Part shown: positions 22,965-58,700 of the stretch, piece after piece
How positions within the stretch are numbered: position 1 is the stretch's first letter
Layout of the letters: the number at the start of each line of letters is the position of its first letter
DNA from: Macrostomum hystrix
Lineage: Eukaryota > Animalia > Platyhelminthes
Assembly: GCA_950097015.1 (NCBI GenBank)
Contig: CATNEN010000003.1
Location: 558,001-622,000 of the forward strand
Length of the DNA stretch: 64,000 nucleotides
Direction: 5' to 3'
Program-made: the position numbers and the translations under genes
The notes under the pieces: generated by a model
Told to the model about the DNA's origin: nothing
Seen by the model: only the letters and a program-made list of their open reading frames with translations
The model's database searches: none

Positions 22965-25094
22965 CACACATCCAAGAGTATCTTGGATGGCGATGCTTTC
23001 ACCTGGGGCCTGCCAAGGCTTTTGGCAGCATTCTGTACTGGATTCGTCACTATTACCTAGTAACCTAGTTTAGGAATCTCAGACAGTCAGGACTGCATTG
23101 AACTGAACTGAGACATGCTCAGTGCCATTATTAAAGTTTTTCCTACCAGTTGTGTTACCAGTTGACATTATCCGCTTCATCATTCAACATTTTAAAAGAA
23201 GATAATAATTTTGCAAACAAAAGTAAATTTATGCCCATATGCCTATGCTCAATAAATTGACATGTAACTTTTTAGATTTTTTTGAAAAGAAACTATATAA
23301 CTAAATTGCCTTGATGACATTACTGATATTAGTGATATAAAGGCCTATGCTATGCTGCCTATCCCATAAAAAATGAACCCTAGGCATAGCTGTCTAGCTG
23401 CATAGCTGTCTATCTAGGACAATAAAGAAAAAAAGAAGCCCTGGTCTTAGTCTTAGACATAATATAGCTGTCTGTCACTGCCAGATATTTTTACATGTAT
23501 AAAAGTCATGCAGCCTGTATCTAAAGTGGGCCTAGTTTTATATTGTGTCTTTACAGAGTACAGGCTAAAAATACACAAGTAGGCCCCTACTTTAAAAAGT
23601 AGGCCTAGAAGGCTAGAACAAATAATATATGTATAAATACATTCTAAGTCTTTGTCAGTATTAAGCTATTAACCTAAGCTCATAACCTCTTAACCGCAAG
23701 ATTTTGATACACATGCGTTGTATTAACATGCAAGCTTATAAGCCCATTTCTCGATTCCTAAATAACCACTTAGATTCTTAGAAGTCCTTACAATGAATCA
23801 GTGTTAGACTCATTGTGTAATTTTATGTTACGATTCCAATTTAATAATGTTCAAGAAGAGAGAAATATAGTGACATTCTCGATAATGAGATGGGCGATAG
23901 GCAATGGTCAGCTCCCTGATAAGATGTATATAACTATCTAGTGACTAAAAAACGAAGTACATTTGATAAGATAAGTCACAATAAGTAAATTTTGCAGTCA
24001 AAATTATTTTTTACAAAGAAAATAAATAAATAATTGTGGCAGCGCTCTTTATTTTACAGTCAAAAGAACTTAAAGTTCACGGATTTTTATCTAAAAAAGT
24101 TTAAATTCTAATAACCTTAACGGTAACAAACGTTTGTTTGAATCGCAGTACGTATGAGTTTTTTTCTGAACCAAAACCGTATAAACAAAGCTTAGTTTTG
24201 CCTCTTTTAAATACGAGCGTACTGATTGAGTTTTTCCTGAGGAAGTTAGCGAGCCGTTTTCCGTTAAAAATTAATGAGCTATATATTTAAAGTACGTCGA
24301 CTGATTTGAGAGCCAAATAGAAGCAAGGGTTAATGAAAAGGTAGAACCTGCTATCCCTGAGAATTCCTCTTTCCTGAGGATGATCTTGCGTTGCGAATGC
24401 CCCGATTAGTAGATGCGATGACAGTGCGTAGCAAAGTCCAGAGATGGCAGAACCCACCGAGAAGTGAGGCTCATGATCAGTGATCAGTGACCGATGTCTA
24501 GAAAGGTCGGGCTATGTTTGGGCCAAATCAAGTAGAATTAGGGTGAACCATAATTGTGGTGAGGCAAGCCAAGGAAGGTAACGGGGTCCTGGTTGGAACA
24601 AGAACGAACAAGTTAAGGTTGTCTCCAGACTAGCGCCGCTCCTAGTTAATATAGAGCCCAAGTCCCCTCGCGCACGCCATGATCGCAGCATGATCCACCC
24701 GACTTTGACCGATTTACCAGACAGCCGGATCACGTGGAACTGTCTGGTAATTACCGCCGTGAGGTGATTGGTTGGGACGGGAGTGGGGTGGGTGTGTCTC
24801 GGAGAAAATTATGATTTATTGCTTTGGAGGGGGGTGGGTGCGACTGTTGCGTAATGGTAATTGCGATGACAGAAGCACAAAAGAATGGAGAAAGTTGGAT
24901 GCGCGACGAAAAGTTGAAATATATTTATTACGATATGCGCATTGTGGACGGGAGAGAGGTGGATAAAAATCTGCATGAAAGATGGAAGAAGCGAAATTAA
25001 AAGCGAAAATTTAAATTCTTACATTTTTTGCCAACTTAAGCATGCTTACGTTTAATTTTCTGACAGGTTTTACTGATGTTTAACTCTTTTTTAA

Positions 25095-25385
25095 CAGTAG
25101 AACTACCAAAATGAGTGGGGAAATCCACCGGACATTTTTGTGCTGCACCCGAACGGAGCAACGCAATTGCACAGGAAACTCAGTTAGCACGAACTTCTCC
25201 AATATAATTGACCAAGCCTAAATATTAGGCGCAGCTCAACAAGAGTACACCATCAAATTATCTGTCAACCAATCAGTCACCACCCAACGCTGTTAGCATT
25301 CAGGCGCTGCCAAAAATCTTCAGGGGGAAATAGGCCGCCCCCCTTGGTATAAAAACATGCGGCAAAATGGCTTGGTAGTTCTCTG
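25095..25385. mobile_element. TTAA MITE copy 2 (internally deleted, diverged)
   Basis: TTAA-CAGTAGAACTACC left end; shares TGTGCTGCACCCGAACGGAGCAACGCAA and GGCAAAATGGCTTGGTAGT with copy 3. Confidence 0.8.
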
Positions 25386-27476
25386 TTCAGAAAGTAGGAA
25401 ACGCGAAAGAAGCATAGTGCACAAAAAAACTAGTGAATATATATTTATAATTAAAAATGATTGTTATTTAAATGTGCATTTTTGTTTTAACTGTATAACT
25501 CAGTTGTATTTAAATATAAAGAACACGTTGTTAGATAAAATAAGCCTAAACAATATTCCATTGTGCGGGAGCTACATTTACGAGCGGAGTGTTCTGGCAG
25601 CAAGCTCTAATATAAATTAGACAACTGCATCTTTAATTTTTCTGAGGTTTTAATAAAAAAATAAAAAAAGTAAATTAAACTTAAACAGGCACAATATTAA
25701 GATTTAAGAAGAAGCGGTTGAAGGCAGATTGAAATTGAAATTTTACACAGTAGAACTTTTGAAAGGCAAAGCCACAAAGTCACAAGGTCAAAGCACCCTA
25801 CTATAGCAGAGTAGACAGAAAACAATAGATCAAGAAAATTTAAACAAAGTTTTCTCGATTGCAACATAACACAAAGCCATGACATACTTGAGGCGCAGTC
25901 CGTAAGAACCTGCGATAACTGGACACTTCAGAAAATGCTATCATCAGCTAGGAAGTACTGATCCTGAAAAACTGCAATGTTTGCATACGAGTATAGTAAG
26001 TGCCCATTTGCTCGGTTAACCCTTACCTCGGTGGACTGAAATTATAATTGAAATTCTAGTAAAAACATCATTCTTGTACCTGACACTCAGAATAGCCGCG
26101 GAAGAGCTTTGTAGGCAGAAGAATATGAAGAAACTCTTGAGCACACTTTTGCGGAATGCCGATCAAGGATGCCAAGTTGAGCGCGACCAGAATAGAACTA
26201 GGGTGACGTTATGTACTGCAGTCAGTTCTCATTAGTTGGGTCTCTTGGGCAATGCGAAAATCAACCAACTGATAATGTTCTCACTCGACTAAGTATCAGT
26301 ACCTACGGAAGCAAGGCCGCCCTTAAAACCAGATTAGTGCTGCATTGAACCGTCTAGCAGACATTTCTATTATCGGGCAATCCAATTGGCATATTTAGTA
26401 GATCAGTTTTCAAATATGGAGTCACGAAACTTAACGTTAGCTGTACGGTCAATCAACAGCAGATTTTGCTCTCTGAACTTCTAGGAGGGCATCGATCGAC
26501 ATCGCAAGCACGTGGAATCTTGTCTCAAGCTTTCGTTCTCCCAGTCTTCTTATTTAGTCTCTGAATTGTTGATAATGCTACATTAGAGTAGCTATAATCG
26601 ATCGCTTAAGAAGTGCGTTATATGATTCTGAGTCGTTAATAGTGTGCACTAGACTGCCTTAGGAAAATCAAATGTCTTTTTTTTCTAAATGCTTAACATC
26701 TTGAAGAATTGTTGACTCGAGGTACATAACCATTTGCAGCTTCTTTCAACTTCAATGTGATGTCGAAGTGTTGGCTTTTAAAACTTTTTCAAGGTGCTGG
26801 ATGATTTAGTAGCTCATTCAACTTCTAGTAGGTAATTGCGCACTTCGAAGGCTCCAATAATAACCTAGACTCGATCCTCCAGACAGTTGCATTTTGAGTC
26901 CTCAAACAGCACCATTTGAACCCCATGCAGCTGCTTGTCTTTCGTGGATGAGATTAGGATTGGCTGATTAGGATTAGGATTGGCTGATTCCTTGAATTTG
27001 AAATAGCAACGGAGTCTCATTAAAGTCAGTCAAATTGTAAGTTTTGTCGATTGCATGGAGATTTTTTCTGATAATAGCTTAATAGCATGGGCGCAGATAC
27101 TAACGCATGCCTTCGAAGCTTGACATACGATTGTCACGTCGGGTATAGCAGATCGAGTTTAAAGACACAATCAAGCAAAAGTCGCTCGGAATACACTGCA
27201 TGTCGGACTAGTGACTTTGATCGAGCATTGACAATGCTTTGTACTTCTGGTATCTGATCTGATCGCACCGACTCTTGGTAAATCATTGCTGGCTCATCAC
27301 TGCAATGGAAGACAGAAAGAATATCAGAGTGACAGGTTCGCCTCAGCCTAAAAACCGAGTCATCAGACTCTATCTCTGTCTGTCAGGAACTAAAAGAACA
27401 GACAAATATTTATAAATAACTCCCAGGAACAAATTCAAAGTAATCGAAGTTCATGCACGTACGAGCTATAATTTAA

Positions 27477-28067
27477 CAGTAGAACAACTAGCAAGGGGGT
27501 ATTTTCCCCTGACAATTTTTTGTGCTGCACCCGAACGGAGCAACGCAAGCACACGAAACTCAAGAACACGGGCCAACTTTTTGTTGCGCATCTTCTGAAA
27601 CAAGAATCAAGTCGCCAGCTCTTCAGACCGTCGAGATAGTCAATGGTTCTGGCCGAAGGAAATATTTTTCTCATTAGAGCTTTCGATTATGGAGCTAGTG
27701 TATTTCATACATCTCTATACACAAGTTAGCACTGCGCCTCAGTGCGGCCTTGCCAGGCCTTCAAAATTGATCAGCATGTCACCCGAATTTGCCTGCATCA
27801 TCTCCGTCTTCGGTGATCACTTATCTTTATCTAGATGGACTGCTGGACCTTCAAGGGCTACAACAGGTGGAAATAGGCCACTATGGACACCCTGACACGA
27901 ATCTAAATACTAGACGCAGCTCAACCACAGTACACCATCGTCTAGTCTGTCAACCAATCAGTCGACCACTCAACGCTGTTAGCATTCAGGTGCAGCCAAA
28001 ATAATTTTCAGGGGGTATCCCCCCTTGGTATAAAAACGGGCGGCAAAATGGCTTGGTAGTCCTACTG
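27477..28067. mobile_element. TTAA MITE copy 3 (591 bp)
   Basis: TTAA at 27473-27476 and 28068-28071; reverse-complement homolog of 918-1509. Confidence 0.85.
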
Positions 28068-28496
28068 TTAAAGGCGCCTTTATATAATCTCCTTTTTTGA
28101 TTGTCTATGGCCAATCGTTGCTTGCTAATTAATATAGGAAATCTCCTTACTTTCAGAAAATCTCACTGTATTCAGTTTAACAACAATATAAAAAGTGAAT
28201 TGTATTTTTTTTCTTAGAACTTAGAAATTATTTTAAGACTCTTAAAGAAAAAATCTGAGACACTACAGACGCTATACTTTAAAAAAGAAAACTACGTTTT
28301 CAGAAGAACGTAAATATATATTTACCAATTTTACCTATCTAAAAAGATACGTTCAGAAAAAGAACAAATGCGTTCAGAAAGCAGGCTTGCAAACTTCCAC
28401 AGCAAACTGTTGAAAGACAGGAAAAAAGTAAAAAAAGTCAATAAAATGCTATTATAAAACGCCCTGAAATAACCTTCAATCAAAATGTGCATCTTG

Positions 28497-29876
28497 CAGA
28501 GTCTGTCACTCTAAATGAGGATCTGGGAGAATCTGTTACTCTAAATGAGGATTTGAGAGAATCTGTCACTCTAAATGAGGATCTGGGATAATCTGTTACT
28601 CTAAATGAGGATCTGGGATAATCTGTTACTCTAAATGAGGATCTGGGATAATCTGTTACTCTAAATGAGGATTTGGGAGAGTCTGTCACTCTAAATGAGG
28701 ATCTGGGAGAGTCTGCCACTCTATAATTAAGGATGTGAAGACTATGTCACTCTATAAATGAGTGTCTTGATTTCGATTCTGGATCTGGGAGAGTCTGTCA
28801 CTCTAAATGAGGATCTGGGAGAGTCTGCCACTCTAAATGAGGATCTGGGAGAGTCTGCCACTCTAAATGAGGATCTGGGAGAGTCTGTCACTCTAAATGA
28901 GAATCTGGGAAAGTCTGTCACTTTCAATGAGAATCTGGGAGAGTCTGTCACTCTAAATGAGGATCTGGGAGAGTCTGTCACTCTATAATTAAGGATGTGA
29001 AGACTATGTCACTCTATAAATGAGTGTCTTGATTTCGATTCTGGATCTGGGAGAGTCTGTCACTCTAAATGAGGATCTGGGAGAGTCTGTCACTCTATAA
29101 TTAAGGATGTGAAGACTATGTCACTCTATAAATGAGTGTCTTGATTTCGATTCTGGATCTGGGAGAGTCTGTCACTCTAAATGAGGATCTGGGAGAGTCT
29201 GCCACTCTAAATGAGGATCTGGGAGAGTCTGCCACTCTAAATGAGGATCTGGGAGAGTCTGTCACTCTAAATGAGAATCTGGGAAAGTCTGTCACTTTCA
29301 ATGAGAATCTGGGAGAGTCTGTCACTCTAAATGAGGATCTGGGAGAGTCTGTCACTCTATAATTAAGGATGTGAAGACTATGTCACTCTATAAATGAGTG
29401 TCTTGATTTCGATTCTGGATCTGGGAGAGTCTGTCACTCTAAATGAGGATCTGGGAGAGTCTGCCACTCTAAATGAGAATCTGGGAGAGTCTGTCACTCT
29501 GAATGAGAATCTGGGAAAGTCTGTCACTTTCAATGAGAATCTGGGAGAGTCTGTCACTCTAAATGAGAATCTGGGAAAGTCTGTCACTTTCAATGAGAAT
29601 CTGGGAGAGTCTGTCACTTTCAATGAGAATCTGGGAAAGTCTGTCACTTTCAATGAGAATCTGGGAGAGTCTGTCACTCTAAATGAGAATCTGGGAAAGT
29701 CTGTCACTTTCAATGAGAATCTGGGAGAGACTGTCACTTTCAATGAGAATCTGGGAAAGTCTGTCACTCTAAATGAGAATCTGGGAAAGTCTGTCACTTT
29801 CAATGAGAATCTGGGAGAGTCTGTCACTCTAAATGAGGATCTGGGAGAGTCTGTCACTCTATAACTAAGGATGTGA
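28497..29876. repeat. 30-bp minisatellite with higher-order structure
   Basis: Unit CTCTAAATGAGGATCTGGGAGAGTCTGTCA, punctuated four times by the same ~60-bp variant block. Confidence 0.95.
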
Positions 29877-30564
29877 TCATGAAGCTAGATTCGGTTCGAT
29901 TAACTGTTTAAAACTTGTTATTGTAACACAGAAGCGGTTTCTAGAAAAATGACGAAAAAGAACTTGACTGTACTGACGCACTAGAGCCAACACAAAAGAA
30001 AATTGTCGCTTATTTTGGAGTTGAAAATGTATTTTATTATACGAGTAAAAACTACTATCAGTAGTATTATTGAAACAAGCAGACAAAATATATATGTATT
30101 TATTTAAATATATATAGCTTTAAAATGGCCTTGATAACATCATACTCAAGTCCATGTAGTATTTTTATATCACAAATCAAAATAGAGTTGCTTTTGGACA
30201 CGAAAGCGTAAATTGTCTAAATAATTTATTTTCTGGACAACGTTAAGATTGACATCACTTAGTTTCAACACGGAGATAACACCGATAGTACAGAAGACAA
30301 GATTACTATAATAGGGGAAGTGAATACTTGTAATGTTTTGATTTAATGAATGCACATTTTGCTTAAGCAACGAGATTGAAATGGGCGTTGGATAGATTTC
30401 TTGGGTGCTGATAAATAAAAACTTAAGTACACAGCTTCTGGGGAATATATAATGATCAACTGCGATATTGCCAGCCTCAAAATCCTCAATAAAGTAATTA
30501 CAATCCCAAAACTCATTTAGGTCACTTACAAAACATTGGAAAGAATTCTGAATAAATATTTTAA

Positions 30565-32040
30565 TCTGTCACTCTGTTATCTTTAGAATATGTCACTCTG
30601 TTATCTATAAAATCTGTCCGTGTTATCTATAGAATCTGTCACTCTGTTATCTTTAGAATCTGTCACTCTGTTATCTATAGAATCTGTCACTCTGTCACTC
30701 TAAAGAATCGGTCACTCTGTTATCTATAGAATCTGTCACTCTGTCACTCTAAAGAATCGGTCACTCTGTTATCTATAGAATCTGTCACTCTGTTATCTTT
30801 AGAATCTCTCACTCTGTTATCTATAGAATCTGTCACTCTGTCACTCTAAAGAATCTGTCACTCTGTTATCTTTAGAATCTGTCACTCTGTTATCTATAGA
30901 ATCTGTCACTCTGTCACTCTAAAGAATCGGTCACTCTGTTATCTATAGAATCTGTCACTCTGTCACTCTAAAGAATCGGTCACTCTGTTATCTATAGAAT
31001 CTGTCACTCTGTTATCTTTAGAATCTCTCACTCTGTTATCTATAGAATCTGTCACTCTGTCACTCTAAAGAATCGGTCACTCTGTTATCTATAGAATCTG
31101 TCACTCTGTTATCTTTAGAATCTGTCACTCTGTTATCTTTAGAATCTCTCACTCTGTTATCTATGAAATCTGTCACTCTGTCACTCTAAAGAATCGGTCA
31201 CTCTGTTGTCTATAGAATCGGTCACTCTGTTATCTTTAGAATCTCTCACTCTGTTATCTATAGAATCTGTCCCTCTAAAGAATCTGTCACTCTGTTATCT
31301 TTAGAATCTCTCACTCTGTTATCTATAAAATCTGTCACTCTGTCACTCTAAAGAATCGGTCACTCTGTTGTCCATAGAATCTGTCACTCTTTTATCTTTA
31401 GAATCTGTCACTCTGTTATCTATAGAATCTGTCACTCTGTCACTCTAAAGAATCGGTCACTCTGTTATCTATAGAATCTGTCACTCTGTCACTCTAAAGA
31501 ATCGGTCACTCTGTTATCTATAGAATCTGTCACTCTGTTATCTTTAGAATATGTCACTCTGTTATCTATAAAATCTGTCCGTGTTATCTATAGAATCTGT
31601 CACTCTGTTATCTTTAGAATCTGTCACTCTGTTATCTATAGAATCTGTCACTCTGTCACTCTAAAGAATCTGTCACTCTGTTATCTATAGAATCTGTCAC
31701 TCTGTTATCTTTAGAATCTGTCACTCTGTTATCTATAGAATCTGTCACTCTGTCACTCTAAAGAATCTGTCACTCTGTTATCTTTAGAATCTCTCACTCT
31801 GTTATCTATAAAATCTGTCACTCTGTCACTCTAAAGAATCGGTCACTCTGTTGTCCATAGAATCTGTCACTCTTTTATCTTTAGAATCTGTCACTCTGTT
31901 ATCTATAGAATCTGTCACTCTGTCACTCTAAAGAATCGGTCACTCTGTTATCTATAGAATCTGTCACTCTGTTATCTTTAGAATCTGTCACTCTGTTATC
32001 TATATAATTCTATCACTCTGTTATCTTCAGAATCCGTCAC
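30565..32040. repeat. 24-bp minisatellite
   Basis: Unit TCTGTCACTCTGTTATCTATAGAA with recurring variants. Confidence 0.95.
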
Positions 32041-32216
32041 TCCATAAAATAGTCGCAGTGAAAAACCGTACAATTAATGTGAGTCAAACAGGAAAGCTTG
32101 TCACCTGACTCCAAAACAAATGTATACACAAACAAAAGCAAACAAAAAATAAGTGATTAGTGGCTACATTTTAGCTTCCTTCTGACCAGTTTCTGCTCCT
32201 AAAAGAATCATCGCCG

Positions 32217-54254
<22,038 letters not shown>

Positions 54255-54645
54255 TTTAGCAGCGGCTGCAATTGGCGGCTGTTTCCTGTAAAGGCTGCTC
54301 CCACGCGGCACTTTATAATCGATTAGGGATAAATTTGGCGACTGGGAAGTCGATCGGGACGATCGCTGGGACCGCCGCATGGCCGCCTTCACCCGCCTAC
54401 GGGAACTGTCCGGGATTCTAAGAAAAACTAGTCGAGGGGATTAAAATAGGTGCTGGATGGCATTTGGGGATCAACTATAGTTAACAATAACACGTCTCTA
54501 ACACGTCAATAACAAGCCGTAAAGTGACAGGGAGAAGGGAAAATTTCTTAGGGAAAAATATGAAAAAAGGCAAGTCAGACTACAGTAAAGGCAGTTAAAA
54601 ATGCAGGCGTGAGCACACAGTGAAGGTGAAAAAAGACACTGAACT

Positions 54646-54692
<47 letters not shown>
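54646..54692. repeat. (AGC)n microsatellite, about 15 units
   Basis: Perfect trinucleotide run. Confidence 0.95.
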
Positions 54693-54693
<1 letters not shown>

Positions 54694-55469
54694 CTGTGCA
54701 GGTAGACTTATCTTAAGTTACTGCCTAAAGCTAGACTAACTGGTCTCAGACTCAATCTTAAGAATGGGGGGAATGGGAAGAATGGGGTAGAGACATAGCA
54801 AGCCTCTGATTGGTCTTGACACTGAATCCAATAGTGAAATCGACAAGAACCAGCTTGCCATCAGTACAACACATTCTTCCCAAATTTATCCCAAAAAAAT
54901 TCGCATTGTTGAACAATTTTTACCTAAGATCTTGAGCGCGTAAATAACAGAAATCAAACAGGCAAAGTTTGTCCAAAATAAACAGCATCTCCCTTGGACC
55001 TACCGGAGCCAATCCGTTGCCCTTTGCTAAAAGTACATTCCTGAACAGACTTAGCGAGCAGAAGCGTGGCGCCAAAAAATGCCCCCCCGACCCGTTTCAA
55101 CATTAACTATTTATAAACTGGCCAGCCACAGAAGACAGCGCTCTGATGGGACACGCGATTCAATGCTCCCCAAGCTGGGGATAAACTTCATGAGCTGGGC
55201 AAGGGATCTTTGACACTTGACTCTAGACCTCGAGTGACTGACTGAAGCAAGAGTGAGTGAAGATATGTGTGTGTGCGCCTGCAACAGCACAACAAAACTT
55301 ACTGCTCACGATGCTTTTTGAGAACACAATTTATACAAAAAAAATACAGAAAATATGACAAAATAAATGTACTGGAATTGCAATTATAATGCTCCCGAAA
55401 CTAAAGTGCCGAATATATCAATTACTGATAGTAGACACCATCGGATATTTTCTAATGCAACAATGGGAG

Positions 55470-55547
55470 GCTTCAATGGCCGATCGTTAAAAGTCCAACC
55501 TAATAGCACCTAGGTTCCTGAGCTCGAATCCGCGCCGAGGCCACATT
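55470..55547 (+). mobile_element. SINE family B head fragment
   Basis: TGGCCGATCGTTAA...CCTGAGCTCGAATCCGCGCCGAGGCCACATT aligns with 33830-33901. Confidence 0.55.
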
Positions 55548-55754
55548 ATGGTACGGAAAGGTAAGATTTTACTGTATTCCCTAACAATGAGAACTACAGG
55601 AAAGATGTACACGTTCTCTTGGGTCAACTGCCTCAAAATGATGCGCCAGTGCCTAAACGTACGAACCAGTCTACTAGCAGTAGAAATATGAAAATATAAC
55701 CGGATTATTTTGCAATGCACAGCAAACTGATTTCCCAGTGAATGCTTTCTCCAG

Positions 55755-58700
55755 TCACTGGCGCCGCTGCTGCCGTTCGGCATTTTTCTCTCGAAGGCGC
55801 GGCACGAAGGTCAGCTGGCAGCGATTGTACAGGCCGATGTCTGTCAGCGTAGCAGCGTCATTCAACAGTTTCCTGGTGCCAAGGGCTAGCGCGAAACGAC
55901 GCCAAACTTGGCGCCAATTGATGGCGCGATGGGGGCCGCCGGACTGGCGCACCAGCTCCGCCGTTTCCATGGCAACCAGACGCTTCAATTCGGCTAGGGT
56001 GGCGTCCGGCTCGGCGAAGCAGTCGACAATCTGGGAGTCGCCGCGGACAACTCGAATCAGCCAACAGCGGCCGAGTTGGCGCTGGAGGAGGCGTTCGGCT
56101 TTGAAGGCTGCGAAACGGCAAGACTCGGTGACGGAGGCGAAGACAGAGAGCTCCGAGATGGCGGCTGCTGACTCTGCGACTGCGGGAGAGTCAGGAATGG
56201 TGGAAATTCAAGTGTGATTTCGGGTTTAGAGTGTGATTCGGGTTTAGAGTGTGATTCGGGTTTAGAGTGTGATTCGGGTTTAGAGTGTGATTTCGGGTTT
56301 AGAGTGTGATTCGGGTTTAGAGTGTGATTTCGGGTTTAGAGTGTGATTCGGGTTTAGAGTGTGATTTCAGGTTTAGAGCGTGATTTCGGGTTTAGAGTGT
56401 GATTTCGGGTTCAGAGTGTGATTTCGGGTTCAGAGTGTGATTTCGGGTTCAGAGTGTGATTTAGGGTTTAGAGTGTGATTTCGGGTTCAGAGTGTGATTT
56501 CGGGTTCAGAGTGTGATTTCTGGTTTAGAGTGTGATTTCGGGTTCAGAGTGTGATTTCGGTTAAAGCGAGCTTTGGCCTTGTGTTTGAAATTTAAAATTT
56601 CTCGCAGAAAATACAGAATCAGAATATACTGTTAGAAAAGTGAATTTTTTAGTGACACTAGTCTATTTGCCCAGGCTTAGCGTAGCAGAAAAAAATTGCT
56701 AGCATTAGCAACAATGGGAGACTTAAACAAACAATCTATTACAATTTCTATCCAAACGCCATAGCAATGGCAACAGAATAGATCCGACCCGCATATATGA
56801 CTTTGGACAAGCTCAGAAGTGCTTTAACCAATTCCCAAACAAGAGGTGGCTGACGGTTGGGATCAGGAAGCTGAACAAACAAACTTCCCAAAACTAGCTA
56901 TAGACCAAACGGACGGACAGACTTTGAAGCCACGATGCGGAAATATTTCAATCCTGCCAGTTGAAGAGTGAAAACCAGACCCCAGCTCCTGTTTGCAGTT
57001 ATTTACTGACTGACTCGAAATCCTGCTAGACCTTGATCTCAACGGTGTGGCTCTACTGGTGCCTCAGAATAGGAATAGCAAACAGCGGCAGCATGCAATT
57101 GAGCCATCATGATTCTAATCTGGGGGTCAGCTAGAGTTCTCATGTGTGTGCGCCTGAGTTTTCTGGTTCGGCTTGAAAAATGACTTAGCGGAATCAGTTT
57201 CAATGGATCCCCTGCGAGCGTACAAGCGTCGATAGGCTAGGAAGTACATTGTTTTATGTTCTCTGCACATGAGAGAACCTTTGACCCCTGAGCAACAGAC
57301 TCATACAGATTAAAAACTGTGCCCTGCCTATATATGCATAGATGCCTTATCTCTCCCGTCTCATCTCTCACGCATCTCATTTCTCCTGTGTCTCATCTCT
57401 CCCGCTTTTCATCTCTCCCGTGTCTCATCTCTCCCGTTTTTCATCTCTCTCATGTCTCATCTATACGGCCTCTCATCTCTTCCGTGTCTCATCTCTCTTG
57501 TGTCTCATCTCTCTTGTGTCTCATCTCTACGGTCTCTCATCTCTTCCGTGTCTCATCTCTCCCGTGTCTCATCTCTTCCGTGTCTTATCTCTCCCCTGTC
57601 TTATCTCTCTCATTTCTCATCTCTCCCATGTCTCATCTCTACCGTGTCTCATCTCTACCGTGTCTCATCTCCACCGTGTCTCATCTCTTCGGTGTCTCAT
57701 CTCTTCGGTGTCTCATATCTCCCGTGTCTCAATTCTTTCGTGTCTCATCTCTCTTGTGTCTCATCTCTACGGTCTCTCATCTCTTCCGTGTCTCATCTCT
57801 CCCGTGTCTCATCTCTTCCGTGTCTTATCTCTCCCCTGTCTTATCTCTCTCATTTCTCATCTCTCCCATGTCTCATCTCTACCGTGTCTCATCTCTACCG
57901 TGTCTCATCTCCACCGTGTCTCATCTCTTCGGTGTCTCATCTCTTCGGTGTCTCATATCTCCCGTGTCTCATCTCTTCCGTGTCTCATCTCTTCCGTGTC
58001 TCATCTCTTCCGTGTCTTATCTCTCCCCTGTCTTATCTCTCTCATTTCTCATCTCTACCGTGTCTCATCTCTCTGGTGTCTCATCTCTTCCGTGTCTCAT
58101 CTCTTCCGTGTCTTATCTCTCCCCTGTCTTATCTCTCTCATTTCTCATCTCTCCCATGTCTCATCTCTACCGTGTCTCATCTCTCTGGTGTCTCATATCT
58201 CCCGTGTCTCATCTCTCCCGTGTCTTATCTCTCCCATGTCTCATCTCTCCCATGTCTCATCTCTCCCATGTCTCATCTTTACCGTGTCTCATCTCTCCCG
58301 TGTCTCATATCTCCCGTGTCTCAATTCTTTCGTGTCTCATCTCTCCGGTGTCTCATATCTCCCGTGTCTCAATTCTTTCGTGTCTCATCTCTCCTATGTC
58401 TCATCTCTCCCATGTCTCATCTCTCCCATGTCTCATCTCTCCCATGTCTCATCTTTACCGTGTCTCATCTCTCCCGTGTCTCATATCTCCCGTGTCTCAA
58501 TTCTTTCGTGTCTCATCTCTCCTATGTCTCATCTCTCCCATGTCTCATCTCTCCCATGTCTCATCTCTCCCATGTCTCATCTTTACCGTGTCTCATCTCT
58601 CCCGTGTCTCATATCTCCCGTGTCTCAATTCTTTCGTGTCTCATCTCTCCGGTGTCTCATCTCTCCCGTGTCTCATCTCTCCCCAGTTTCATCTCTCCCA

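Larger units (their letters stand above)
21550..23055 (+). pseudogene. Merlin (IS1016/ISXO2-like) transposase relic, interrupted at 21835-22964
   Basis: Motifs WNDEW, VNHRLHFVDP...HTNTIEGTW and, after the insertion, HIQEYLGWR...AFGSILYWIRHYY. Confidence 0.75.

Noticed and set aside
25880-27420. 1.5 kb of complex sequence, possibly a decayed coding region
   Set aside because: No long ORF or recognisable motif in the frames I tried; left unannotated.
28497-29876. Repeat-and-spacer appearance resembling a CRISPR array
   Set aside because: The intervening blocks are identical to each other and derived from the monomer; no cas genes; eukaryotic context.
54742-54756. GGTCTC-AGACTCAAT, a second partial match to the recalled spliced leader
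   Set aside because: Needs a 9-nt gap and is not next to an acceptor; compatible with chance.
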